Assembly (NCBI RefSeq): GCF_006345805.1
Contig: NC_043008.1
Span: 59,954,001-60,018,000, forward strand
From: Octopus sinensis
Taxonomy: Eukaryota
Length of the DNA: 64,000 nt
Direction of reading: 5' to 3'
Numbering within the stretch: the stretch's first letter is position 1; the number at the start of each line of letters is the position of its first letter. Positions 52,764-64,000 of the stretch are shown here, piece after piece. The position numbers and the translations under genes were made by a program. Under the pieces are notes generated by a model. It saw only the letters and a list, made by a program, of their open reading frames with translations. It was not told where the DNA came from and made no database searches.

Positions 52764-53366
52764 TATTTGGTTTTCCGGAAAGTTCGTGCCGATTTATAGT
52801 AGCTTACATTTCGACTTATTTTAGAACATGGTTGAGTCCATAGAATAGAATTTGACTACACCTCCATTTAGAGCACTGTCTAAGCTATCTTTTCGTGGAA
52901 GAAGGTTTATGTTCCTATAACCTGTGTTAATTCTGTAACCCTTTAAATGGAAGATAAGAAAGTTCATTTTCGGCACTTGATGATTTGGGAACTAAAAATA
53001 TAAATAAATAAATAAATAAAAAAATAGAGAAATTGCTGTAGCTCGGCTGGGATGTTACCCTACCCTCGATATTCACCAGATATTGCTCCTTCGGATTTCC
53101 ACTTATTCAGGTCTCTGCAGAATAATCTTAATGGTAAAAATTTTAATTCGTTGGGTGACGTAAAAAGATACCTTGATGGATTCTTTGCCATGAAACCATC
53201 TCAATTCTGGGAAGAGAGTATATTCAAGTTAAAGGAAAGATGGAGATGCATTGTGCAACAAAATGTTTCATGTTTGGTTGATTAAAAATTAAATGTAATG
53301 GCAAGTATTTATTGACTTTTTTTCTTTCCTTTAAAAATCGGCACGAACTTTCCGGACAACCCAATA
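52764..53366 (+). mobile_element. Internally deleted mariner transposon
   Basis: ~30-bp TIRs (tttggttttccggaaagttcgtgccgattt / aaatcggcacgaactttccggacaacccaa) with TA on both sides. ORF 53052..53285 carries YSPDIAPSDFHLF...KLKERW, the mariner transposase C-terminus. Confidence 0.92.
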
Positions 53367-53530
53367 TTTTTATTGTATTTTTCTCTGCAGTAACGAGTTC
53401 AACTCGTTGTGCCTTGTGTATGTGGAGTGGTTTGTTTCTGTGATATTATTTCTATTATACTGAAAGTGCTCTACGCAGAATTCGAAAATTGCCTAGCAAT
53501 ATTGTTTTTTGTATGTTATATAAATTCATG

Positions 53531-53839
53531 TGGAGGCGCAATGGCCCAGTGGTGAGTGCAGCGGACGCGCGGTTGTAGGATCGCGGTTTCGATTCCCAGA
53601 CCGGGCGTTGGGAGTGTTTATTGAACGAAATCACCTAAAGCTCCACGAGTCTCCGGCAGGGGGTGGTGTCGATCCCTGCTGAACTCTTTCCCCACAACTT
53701 TCTCTCACTCTTTCTTCTGTTGGCCTGCTCGCTTAGCCAGCGGGGTGGCGTCATTTGAAGGCTAAAATAATGCGAAGCGCATTGTGACCAGCGATGTGTT
53801 GCAACATCTGATAGCCTGGTCGGTCACGGTGACGGTGAT
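53531..53839 (+). mobile_element. SINE family C variant with an alternative 3' end
   Basis: tggaggcgcaatggcccagtgg head and cggtcacggtgacggtga tail. Confidence 0.8.
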
Positions 53840-54412
53840 AAAAATTCATACGTCTTGGTATTTTGTGTTTGTCTGCATGTTCTTTTCTGATCAAGAATAT
53901 TCTTTTCTCTCTTCAGGTTCCGCATTCGGGTCTATTTCTAGATCTCTGTTTTTCGAGCACTTTCCCCATTTCTTTAAGCAATACATTCTCATCAATTGAA
54001 ACTAATATGCCGATTACAATACATTTCTTCTTCCTCTTTGTCGTCGTTTTCCTTCTTCATTCTCCTCCTCCTCCTCCTCCTCATCATCATCATCGTAGTT
54101 ATGTTAACGGTCACTTTTCCTTGTTTGCATGGATCGAAGAGAGTTTATTAAGGTAGATTTTTTCTATGGTCTGATAACATTCATGTCACCAAACATGTCA
54201 CCGGTTTCCAAGCAAGATAATATTTTTCCCACGGCCAGACATGTTTTTGCAGAATATTGGAAATAAATTATATTGCTTGCATGACAGTGATGCTCATTTA
54301 CACCAATCATTGAATGTGGAGACAAGAAAACACAAACATGTGCACACTCACACATACAAGCACACACATACAAAGTCACATATACACACACACACACACA
54401 GATCTCACACAC

Positions 54413-54443
<31 letters not shown>

Positions 54444-54458
54444 TGTATATGTATATAT

Positions 54459-54502
<44 letters not shown>

Positions 54503-54546
54503 TATATTCATACATACATACATACATACATGCATACATACATATG

Positions 54547-54599
<53 letters not shown>

Positions 54600-54606
54600 T
54601 ATACCA

Positions 54607-54710
54607 CAGGCGCAGGTGTGGTTGTATTTTATGAATCCTGCTTCCCAACTACATGGTTCTGGGTTCATTCCACTGCATGGCACCTTGTACAAGTGTCTTC
54701 ACTTGTCTAT

Positions 54711-54745
<35 letters not shown>

Positions 54746-54960
54746 TGTATACGTGTATATATTTGTGCATCTGTTTGTCCCTCAATCATCGCTTGACCAC
54801 CGATGTTGGTGTGTTTTCGTCCCCGTAACGTAGCGGTTCGGCAAAAGAGACCGATACAATGAGTACAAGGCTTACAAAGAATAAGTCCTGGAGTCGATTT
54901 GTTCGACTAAATGCGTGCTTCAGCATGGTCGCAGTCAAATGAATGAAAATAATAAAAGAA
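54607..54960 (+). mobile_element. SINE family A
   Basis: Head caggcgcaggtgtgg through gcagtcaaatga tail. Confidence 0.8.
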
Positions 54961-56265
54961 TAATATATAAGTGTGCATGTGAATGTGAGTGAGTATGTGT
55001 ATGTATATGTGTGTGTGCGTGTGTGTGTGTGTGTGTACATGATGGGATTATTGTAGTTTTCGTTTAAGAAATCCAGTTATAAGGTTTTGGTGAACCCAAA
55101 GCTACCATACAATACACTGGCCCAAGGTACTACGCTGTGGGACTGAAACCTAAATCATCTGGTTGGGAAGCAAGTTTCTTAATCAATTAGGCACGGAGGC
55201 ACCTTAACCTGGAAAATTAATATATTTGAACGAACTCAAAGCTTCTCTCTGTGGTGATATCATCATATTTATGACAGCTAAGGATTGTTTATCACCGATG
55301 TTTTATGAATCACATATCGAAAAACATCCATCCCATTAAAAAGAAAAATTGTGTAAAAGCAGTTTTTTGTAAAAAGTCATGGTTAACTCTAATTTATCAT
55401 TCGGCTCATTAAGCATTGATTGCATAATTTTATTAAATGGAGGATAATGTTAATATCTAAGAAAATCTTGCTCCTCGTTTATCAACAAATGCATTAAATT
55501 AGTTTTAATTCTTCAATAATGTCATTCTATAGCAGTTGAACACAGCTTTATATTTTCAATAAATTTGTTGAGGCTTGAAATAGCCGAAAAGGGAATTGGA
55601 AGTGAAAACGTAAAATTAAACAACATGTCAAAATAACGACACTGAAATATCATAAAACGTAAAATAACGTTATATAATAATAGTAAAATATAATATAAAT
55701 TAAAAAATAAGAAATGAAAAGATAAAAAAAATTTTTAAATCAACGGAGCAAGCATAAACGAGAATGCAAAATATCCATATTTATAATCTGCTGAAAATGT
55801 ATTAATAATATCTCCTACCAGATCCCGCTGAAAGTTTTATTGCATATCTTTGTTCGGAACCCAACGGATAATTAGCATCCTGTAGATATAGTAAATATTG
55901 TGAAGAGATCTTTCAATGCTGGCTTCCACTTACGGGGCTTATGAATTATCGATTACTTTAAATATATATATGTTAATGTTAATGCATATCATTTATTGCC
56001 TATGATTTCGCAAAACAACGGTCATTAGAGAAATAATAACTAAAGCAGATGTCATATTGTTTTACATATGTGTTACCGCATATTTAGTTTCATACTTACA
56101 TATGGCAAACACTGTCTCTTACACACACGCTTCTTAATATATATATATATACACACACACACATATATGCATATTTACATCTGTATATTTAAAAAATGTA
56201 TTTGTTAATTTTTTTGTCATCTCTATATTTACATACACTCACACATGCGCGTGCAATATGTATTT

Positions 56266-56300
<35 letters not shown>

Positions 56301-56432
56301 TTCTCTCAAAAGTAATATACATGTATGTGTATTTCTCTATCGACATATGAAGTGCTCTCTACTCTCTGTTTCATATATATATATATTAAAGGCGGTGCAT
56401 CAGCATGGCCGCAGCTCTAAGCTGAAACTAGA

Positions 56433-56479
<47 letters not shown>

Positions 56480-56521
56480 ATATATATACATATATATCTA
56501 TGTGTGTGTGTATAAATATAT

Positions 56522-56603
<82 letters not shown>

Positions 56604-57453
56604 TGGAGAGAGGGAGAGAGAGAATCCTTGATACATTTTTACATATTCAAATAGTAAATTATACCTTTTAGCATTCTCAGTTATATTGTATATTATTATA
56701 ATATTCCCATTGCCATTATAATATTCTCCAAAACAAAATGCTATCATTATAAAATTCGCTAAAAACTTATTATCCCTTGGGTTTAAAGATACATATGTAG
56801 CTTTAAGTGCTCACACACAAATATGTGTGTGTGCGTGCGTGTTATATGTTAATAACTAGAAAATATTATCAGCTGATAGTCCAGAAGAAAAATCCACCAT
56901 TGACTCCCATGCACAATTATTGAGTCTTTCCAATAGTGAGATTCCGACGTTTTCGTGTGCCATCGTCTGCTTAGACTACCACAGCCGAGCTAAAATTACA
57001 CTACATTAAAATGTATGATAAGCAGGCTAATATATAATCTAACGGCTTACAGGTTACCTCATCACGCTGAACGGCTTCCTTCTATCACCATCAGTATCTG
57101 ATATAGCTAAAGCGGTGATCTGGTAGAATCTTTAGCACGCCGGGCGAAATGCTTAATGGCATGTCATCCGTCTTTACTTTCTGAGTTCAAATTTCCTCGA
57201 GGTTGACTTTGCTTTCCATCCTTTAGAGATTGATAAAATAAGTACCAGTTGAACACTGGGGTAGATGTAATCGACTTAGCCACTCTCCACTCCGAAATTA
57301 CTGCGTTTGTGTCAAACTTTGAATCTGACGTAACTGAGTTCCCAAACACGACATATCATGGGCTATTTGTCACCCCTAGATTGAGCACTCTACTGCTTAG
57401 AAGCATGTTAAAAATACTTGTATTACTGCTTTATTAAACTATTCTCGTGACCT

Positions 57454-57811
57454 AAGGCGGGGAGCTGGCAGAATCGTTAGCACGCCGGGCAAATTCCGCC
57501 GAGGTCGACTTTGCCTTTCATCCTTTCGGGGTCGATTAAAGAAGTACCAGTTACGCACTGGGGTCGAATATAATCGACTTAATCCGTCTGTCCGTCCTTG
57601 TTTGTACCATCTGTGTGTAGCCCCTTGTGGGGAATAAAGAAATAAGGTATTTGTCTGTCTTTACGTTCTGAGTTCAAATTCCGCCGAGGTCGATTTTGCT
57701 TTTCATCCTTTCGGTGTCAGTAAGTTTAGTACCAGTTGCGTACTGGAGTCGATCTAATCAACTAAACCCCTCCCCAAAATTTCAGGCCATATGCCTATAG
57801 TAGAAAGGTTA
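57454..57811 (+). mobile_element. SINE family B dimer
   Basis: Flanked by aaactattc(t/a)cgt(g/a)acct at 57436-57453 and 57812-57829. Confidence 0.85.
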
Positions 57812-58217
57812 AAACTATTCACGTAACCTGAACTGACCAACGGAATCCCCACCATTTTCACTTAGAAACCGTCTTTAAATTCATCTTACTCTATTTATAA
57901 TATATATCTGAAGAGGTCGATGCACTAAGCTTTAAGTACTAAACAGATTAGACAATGTTCTATTAAATATTAACTACGCTTACTTCATATATTGAGTGAT
58001 ACTTTCTTTCTTCATTCTCCTAATTTTGAATGTGTGCATCTGTGTTAGTATGTGTTTGAATCTGTGTGTATTCTGCTGGGTGTAGCTTTGGCTGTCCATT
58101 CAAGGTCATCTGTCCTATCGATTTAGTCAAGTAACACCTCCCCACAAATCTGTGGTCCATGTAAGAACTTTATTTTATTATCAACGGTACGGATTCATAT
58201 ATGTATGTATATATATA

Positions 58218-58266
<49 letters not shown>

Positions 58267-58283
58267 ATGTATATATATGTATG

Positions 58284-58318
<35 letters not shown>

Positions 58319-59341
58319 ATGTATATATATATGTAAATATATATACATGTGTGTGTGTGTATGTATGCATGTTTGTATGTATGTATGTATGTATGTTTTA
58401 AAGTGAAAATACAGAAAAATAGATGTTACTCGTAAAAAAGTAGAAAATAGCAAGGTGCGAATCGAACGCAGGGTCTTTTTATTTATACTGCATATTGTAT
58501 TAGTATACCATAGGGCAAATCCTTTTGTTTCGTAATTGTATTAAGGAAGGTAAAGTTTGCTCGAAACCTTCGGTACAATCTGGTTCAGTGTGCTGATAGT
58601 TTTTATCTTGTCCAGTTCCTCATCAATTCAGAATGAGCAAAACGAATGAAATTGTTAAGACAACAGGGTGTCATTTAAATAAAATTTAGCTGCTAGTACT
58701 AGTAAGTCGAGTGGCTGTGTAGTAGAACCGCTTGTTTATTTGCATAGAGCTTTCTTCGTTGTCTCGTTTTTTAATTATGTTTAATCACTAGACGCAGCAT
58801 TAACTTTATTTGTATTATTTATCTTGTTATTGTTAGACAAAGATACAGCGCAATGTCACAGACAAGTAACAAACTTATCTCATGAGACTTAAGTCGAAGA
58901 GTTCACAACGTCTGCCTTTGATCAGAAATAATTATATATCGACAAACAATAGTGAAAGCTCAAGGTCAATAGAAAACATTACAAGGAATAGACAAAACAA
59001 ATCGTCTATTCTCTCTGTGTCTTTTATTGACACAAATCTATTGGCCGCATTGTAGTCTACATCCATTTTGTTTAGTGGATAAGATGACGCTTCTTGAATT
59101 TTTCCATATGATACGCTTGATTTCTCATCAAAAGAGAATAATTGTGCTGCACCTATCTCGATATCTTGCAATAGATGTCAGAGTTGCACGCAGTGATCAG
59201 TCAATCTCTCGTTAACGAAACGAAAAATTACTAAATGTATTTCGCTATTTAGCATCAGACATAAATTTAAATCAATAACTGTTACTCCATTGTATTTTAT
59301 GGTTAGAATAATTATCCAACACAGTTTTAGTTGATTTTGCT

Positions 59342-59574
59342 TTAACCCTTAAAGCCAGTCATATTTGGTCTAAATATTCTACCAAATATTCTACCGGCCA
59401 GATCCAGCTTTTCATAGCTATACCTTATAGTATATAGCTATACTATATCATTCTAAAAATAAACGATTAGATGATGGAAATCTTGAAGTTAAGAGCTAAA
59501 GCGTGATTAATTCAAAGCAATGTGAATAAATATGAATTATACGTCACAGAATAAACTGAATGCTAAAGTGTTAA
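59342..59574. mobile_element. piggyBac-type MITE
   Basis: TTAA|CCCTTAAAGCCAGT ... ACTGAATGCTAAAGTG|TTAA: TTAA flanks and imperfect short TIRs. Confidence 0.55.
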
Positions 59575-60063
59575 GGAATAGGTAAGCATGAAAGCTTTTG
59601 CTGAGATATTATCTGTGATATACTGGTATTCTAAACCCGAGTATATCATTGCTTTGTTCGTTTAATGCTATGGATCGGGGATTGAGTATTTTTCCCTAAA
59701 TATATGGATTTCTGGGAAACACTAACTTTTAATGATTAACATAAAAGGAAAAAATGAAAAAACGATTCCGAAGAAACTAGTGATGACACTTATAAAATTA
59801 ATAGATTGTGTGTCTTAGGGGTGGGTGGGTTATTTTTAGGTTCCGGGCTGAATCCCCACCTTCTCTAAGAAATGAAAAGAAGCGGCGAATTATCATACAG
59901 TGAGGACTAGTTATATTCCAGTGATCTACTCACTTAATTCATATCACGTCTGGGCCAGTTTTACTTTCAATCTGTTCGGAGTCGTTGGAATAAAACACCA
60001 GTCTAGGTACTGCATTGTTGGAATTCTGAGAGAAACGCCTTGCAATATTTGTTTCACTTTTAA

Positions 60064-60680
60064 AGCTGCGAATTAGCAGAATCATTGCCTTGCCGGGTAT
60101 TTCGTCTGGCGACGAGCTGGCAGAAACGTTAGCGCGCCGGGCGAAGTGCTTAGCGGTATTTCGTCTGCCGTTACGTTCTGAGTTCAAATTCCGCCGAGGT
60201 TGACTTTGCCTTTCATCCTTTCGGGGTCGATAAATTAAGTACCAGTTACGCACTGGGGTCGATGTAATCGATTTAATCCGTTTGTCTGTCCTTGTTTGTC
60301 TCCTCTGTGTTTAGCCCTTTGTGGGTAGTAAAGAAATAGGTATTTCGTCTGCCGTTACGTTCTGAGTTCAAATTCCGCCGAGGTCGACTTTGCCTTTCAT
60401 CCTTTCGGGGTCGATTAAATAAGTACAGTTACGCACTGGGGTCGATATGATCGACTTAATCCATTTGTCTGTCCTTGTTTGTCTCCTCTGTGTTTAGCTC
60501 CTTGTGGGTAGTAAAGAAATGGGTATTTCGTCTATCTTTACGTTCAAATTCCGCCAAGGTCGACTTTGCTTTTCAGCCTTCTGGGGTTGATAAATTAAGT
60601 ACCCGTTGAGCATTGGGATCCATGTAATCGACTTACTCCCTTCCCCCAAATTACTGGCCTTGTGCCGAAATTTGAAACCA
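60064..60680 (+). mobile_element. SINE family B multimer (three bodies)
   Basis: Repeated junction aaagaaat(a/g)ggtatttcgtct near 60332 and 60514. Confidence 0.85.
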
Positions 60681-60882
60681 ATATCTGTTCCGCTCATGTG
60701 TGTTCTTCTAATTTTGAAACAACCCGGTGAGCACCACTGTAGTGGATTAACTTCTGTGTTGGCATAAAAAGAAAGCATCGACATATCAAACAGTTGACGT
60801 CCTTATTGAGTAGAAATAATATGAGGACACACGGTTCTCATTGAATAAGTGAAGAAAAAGAGATGACGATGATGATGAAGGT

Positions 60883-61003
60883 GATGGTGGTGGCGGAAGA
60901 GATTCTGATGGTGTTGATGATGGTGCGGTGTTGGTGGTGGCACGATGATGATGATGGTTATGTCTATGACAATCGTGACAAAGACGACGTGGAAGATGAG
61001 GAA

Positions 61004-61047
<44 letters not shown>

Positions 61048-61101
61048 CGGTGATGATGGTGATGATGATGATGATGATGATGGTGATGATTTTGATGATG
61101 G

Positions 61102-61139
<38 letters not shown>

Positions 61140-61185
61140 CTAATGGTGATGGTGATGAAGGAGAAGATGATGATGTCTTGGATGA
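60883..61185. repeat. (GAT)n array
   Basis: Direct reading; accounts for the poly-D/M/S ORFs. Confidence 0.95.
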
Positions 61186-62085
61186 CTTGAAATACAGTTG
61201 AGGAATGTCAGCTTGCTTTACAATTTCAAAACAAATTCTTTTTTGCGAAGAAGGGCTAAAAGAAAAAAACACAAATGAAATGAATAAAACAAAAAAACAA
61301 AACAAAAAAAACCTAGCATCTTGCTGCTGATAATTCCCACGAAAAATCTTCATCCTGTTGATTCTCCATTTCTTTTACTGCACTACTTCAAACGATATCC
61401 CATTGTTACTGAATGTACGTGTATTTACTAAAACATACAATGATTTCATAGCAAAACCACTTGTTGTTTCGAACAGCTAACATCCATGGCAAGACTTCAG
61501 ACGAATTATCTCTTTTGTTTGTCTTGTAGGCGCCATTTCAACAAGATATGCTAACATTATGTTATAGTTTCACTTGTTTGATTCTCTCGTTGTCCTTCTT
61601 AAACTCGTTAAAAACATAATTAATATACACAAAACGGAAAGCTTTTAATTAGTTCTTAAATATAAAATTGATGTAGTTTACAAGAATCAGCACATGGTAC
61701 TTCGCTTTGATCTCGGATTTCTTACCCGTTTCCTTTATGTCGTGTTATCATAATGTTAATGTAAAAAAAGAAAAAGAGAAAAGCAATTATTGAAAAGACA
61801 AAAAATACTACCACTACTACTAGAGATAAGGAGAGAGAGAGAGTTGGGAGAGAAGGGGGTGTATTCGATACCAACGGCCACAGATCATTGATAATTCTCT
61901 TCAATGAGAAATCAATAAGTTAAAGGGGAACTAAGCCTGAAGAATGACAGGATTGATAGAGGGAGAGAAAGGAGGGGAGAGAGAAGGTGTTGCGAGACGG
62001 CTGAATAAAGATAGTGAAGGGTTGATAGAGAGAAATGAGAGCTTGGTTGGAAATGGATATAAAATAAAGACAGATGGAGAGAGAG

Positions 62086-62123
<38 letters not shown>

Positions 62124-63560
62124 GAAGAAAGATATAAAGAGAAAGATAGAGGAACTCAAACATAAGGTTGACAAAGAATGGGCAAAAGAGTAGTGAGTAT
62201 GTGAGTGCTGAGAATACCAAAAAGATGCGGGTAGGGAGAGCAATGGATGTGGTAAAAGAATTAAGGAAGAGGAATAAAACTGAATCAGTGAGAGAGAAAG
62301 AAGATGAAAGATAGGAAGCTAAACTGAGTGAAAAGGAAAGGTTTGCGAAGGAAAGAATTCTTCGCTGTAAATGTATTCAGCGCCATATGGCCATATTTCC
62401 TAATAGTAAATCGATTTTAACAATTCCATGCTTGTTAAGTATTTTAGTAACGACTTTAGCAATCGATTAATACTGCCATTTTATAGCTTCTTTTTTTTTA
62501 TCAACATAATTGATTCGGCCATTTACGGCAGTGATTATAACAAGGAGTACTTTACAACGTGTTTATGTTAATTTCTTCTTCTTCTTCTTCTTCTTCTTCT
62601 TCTTCTTCTTCTTCTTTCTCCTCCTCCTTCTTTCTCCACATTAATATAACAGAAAGAAAAAAAAAAAGACCGAACCATCTTTGAAGGTTCCGGTAAAGTG
62701 CTAAGCTTTTGGATAAAATATTTCTCTGACGTTATCAACTCAAAGAGAAGTTTTCAAGACTATTTTCACATTATATTCGGAACAACAATCTCTTTGAATC
62801 CTCATGGTAATTATCAACCTTTGGTTGGATGCAAAAATCTCTTTTATCGACGATATAGAATATATATTTTAACACATTCCTAAATTTACATGGCTTAAAG
62901 AGATTGTATATATCGGTAAAGGGGAAATGTTTTATCACGATAACCAGCATTATACTTGCTCACTGGGGTTGAAAATCATCTGCTCTTCTCTCGATTCGTC
63001 TGGTTTGCGATTCCAGCCAATAACCAAATGTTGTGTAAAGCAAATTTATACAATTCTAAGTCGTGGAACCGATCGCTGTAAGACCTGTTATCAAGAGGAG
63101 CATAAGGTATATGTCTTCCTATGTTCCCAAAGCACATTACTTAGCTTCGTTTTTAAGCCGATGGAAGGACGACATATATTTTTCTTATTGGACAGGAACA
63201 AGTGAAACTAAGGTAACATACTTATATTTGCACCTTTTCTTCAACAGATTCGGGTATCTTTAGTCAACTTTCTAATTCTATATCAAGTTTATGAAGTTCG
63301 TTTGTCATTGACAATATAGATATATCTAAATTAATAACGCTTCTACTGTAGAATTCTGCAGTCGATTTTGTCAATCCCAAACAATTAACCCGAACTTATT
63401 TTATAGATGCTATAAAACTTTTCTAATTTATGAACAAAAACAGCAATTTTAACGACAGTGGGTTAGTCGATACCATTGATATCAGTACTTGACATAATTC
63501 ATTTTATCGACATCGGAAGGGTGTAAAACAAAGTTTACCTCGGCGGAATTTAAACTCAGA

Positions 63561-63987
63561 AGTTTAAAGGCGGCGAGCTGGCATAAACCTGAGCACGACG
63601 GGCGAAATGCTTAGCGGTATTTCGTCTGCCGCTACGTTCTGAGTTCAAATTCCGCCGAGGTCGACTTTGCCTTTCATCCTTTCGGGGTGGATAAATTAAG
63701 TACCAGTTACGCACTGGGGTCAATGTAATCGACTTAATACCTATGTCTGTCCTTGTTTGTCCTCTTTATGTTTAGCCCCTTGTGGGTAATAAAGAAATAG
63801 GTATTTCGTCTGCCGCCACGTTCTGAGTTCAAATTCCACCGAGGTCAACTTTGCCTTTCATCCTTTCGGGGTCGATAAATTAAGTACCAGTTAGGCACTT
63901 GGGTCAATGTAATCGGCTTAATCCCCTTGTCTGTACTTGTTTGTCCCCTCTATGTTCAGCCCCTTGTTGGCAATAAAGAAATAAGGG
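63561..63987 (+). mobile_element. SINE family B dimer inserted into an opposite-strand family B copy
   Basis: atttaaactcaga at 63548-63560 and 63988-64000 flanks the dimer; an older minus-strand copy lies at ~63470-63560. Confidence 0.85.
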
Positions 63988-64000
63988 ATTTAAACTCAGA

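Noticed and set aside
58932-59171. 79-aa minus-strand ORF in unique-looking sequence
   Set aside because: No recognisable motif or splice signals; within chance length.
302-61353. Most ORF-track entries (poly-YI, CV, HT, I, N, M, D, K/E/R, L/S/F)
   Set aside because: They are translations of di-, tri- and tetranucleotide microsatellites or SINE interiors, with no domain motifs or splice support.
62930-63200. Possible degenerate PLE endonuclease or LINE remnant
   Set aside because: Only vague similarity across frames; needs TBLASTX.
1-64000. CRISPR array, rRNA genes or prokaryotic operons
   Set aside because: No regularly spaced repeat-spacer array or rRNA motifs; the sequence is eukaryotic with spliceosomal introns.

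Overview
AT-rich, microsatellite-saturated animal genomic DNA. The SINE and retroelement content most resembles a coleoid cephalopod (Octopus-like); this is inferred from repeat content, not checked by search. One protein-coding gene is supported: a minus-strand two-Ig-domain cell-surface protein of the Dpr/ZIG-8 type. It has two clear exons (31773-31563, missed by the ORF track, and 11898-11611) separated by a ~19.7 kb intron, plus a tentative terminal exon (3276-3209). Its 5' exons were not found. The rest is intronic or intergenic and holds three tRNA-derived SINE families, a Penelope-like GIY-YIG element with inverted terminal repeats, an R4/Dong restriction-like endonuclease fragment next to (AAT)n, RTE LINE remnants, mariner/pogo/piggyBac-type MITEs, Helitron-like elements and an exact-spacing 1181-bp tandem duplication. 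The most notable pattern is a set of about ten type I hammerhead-ribozyme-like motifs. Two have intact catalytic cores. One of these lies in a 233-bp foldback element, sense to the host pre-mRNA and beside its own inactive antisense copy (34258-34342, minus). The other forms the tail of a tRNA-headed SINE-like element (40808-41070, plus). Almost all ORF-track entries are microsatellite translations. No CRISPR array, rRNA or bona fide tRNA gene was seen. Repeat boundaries are read by eye and are approximate unless target-site duplications or terminal inverted repeats are quoted.
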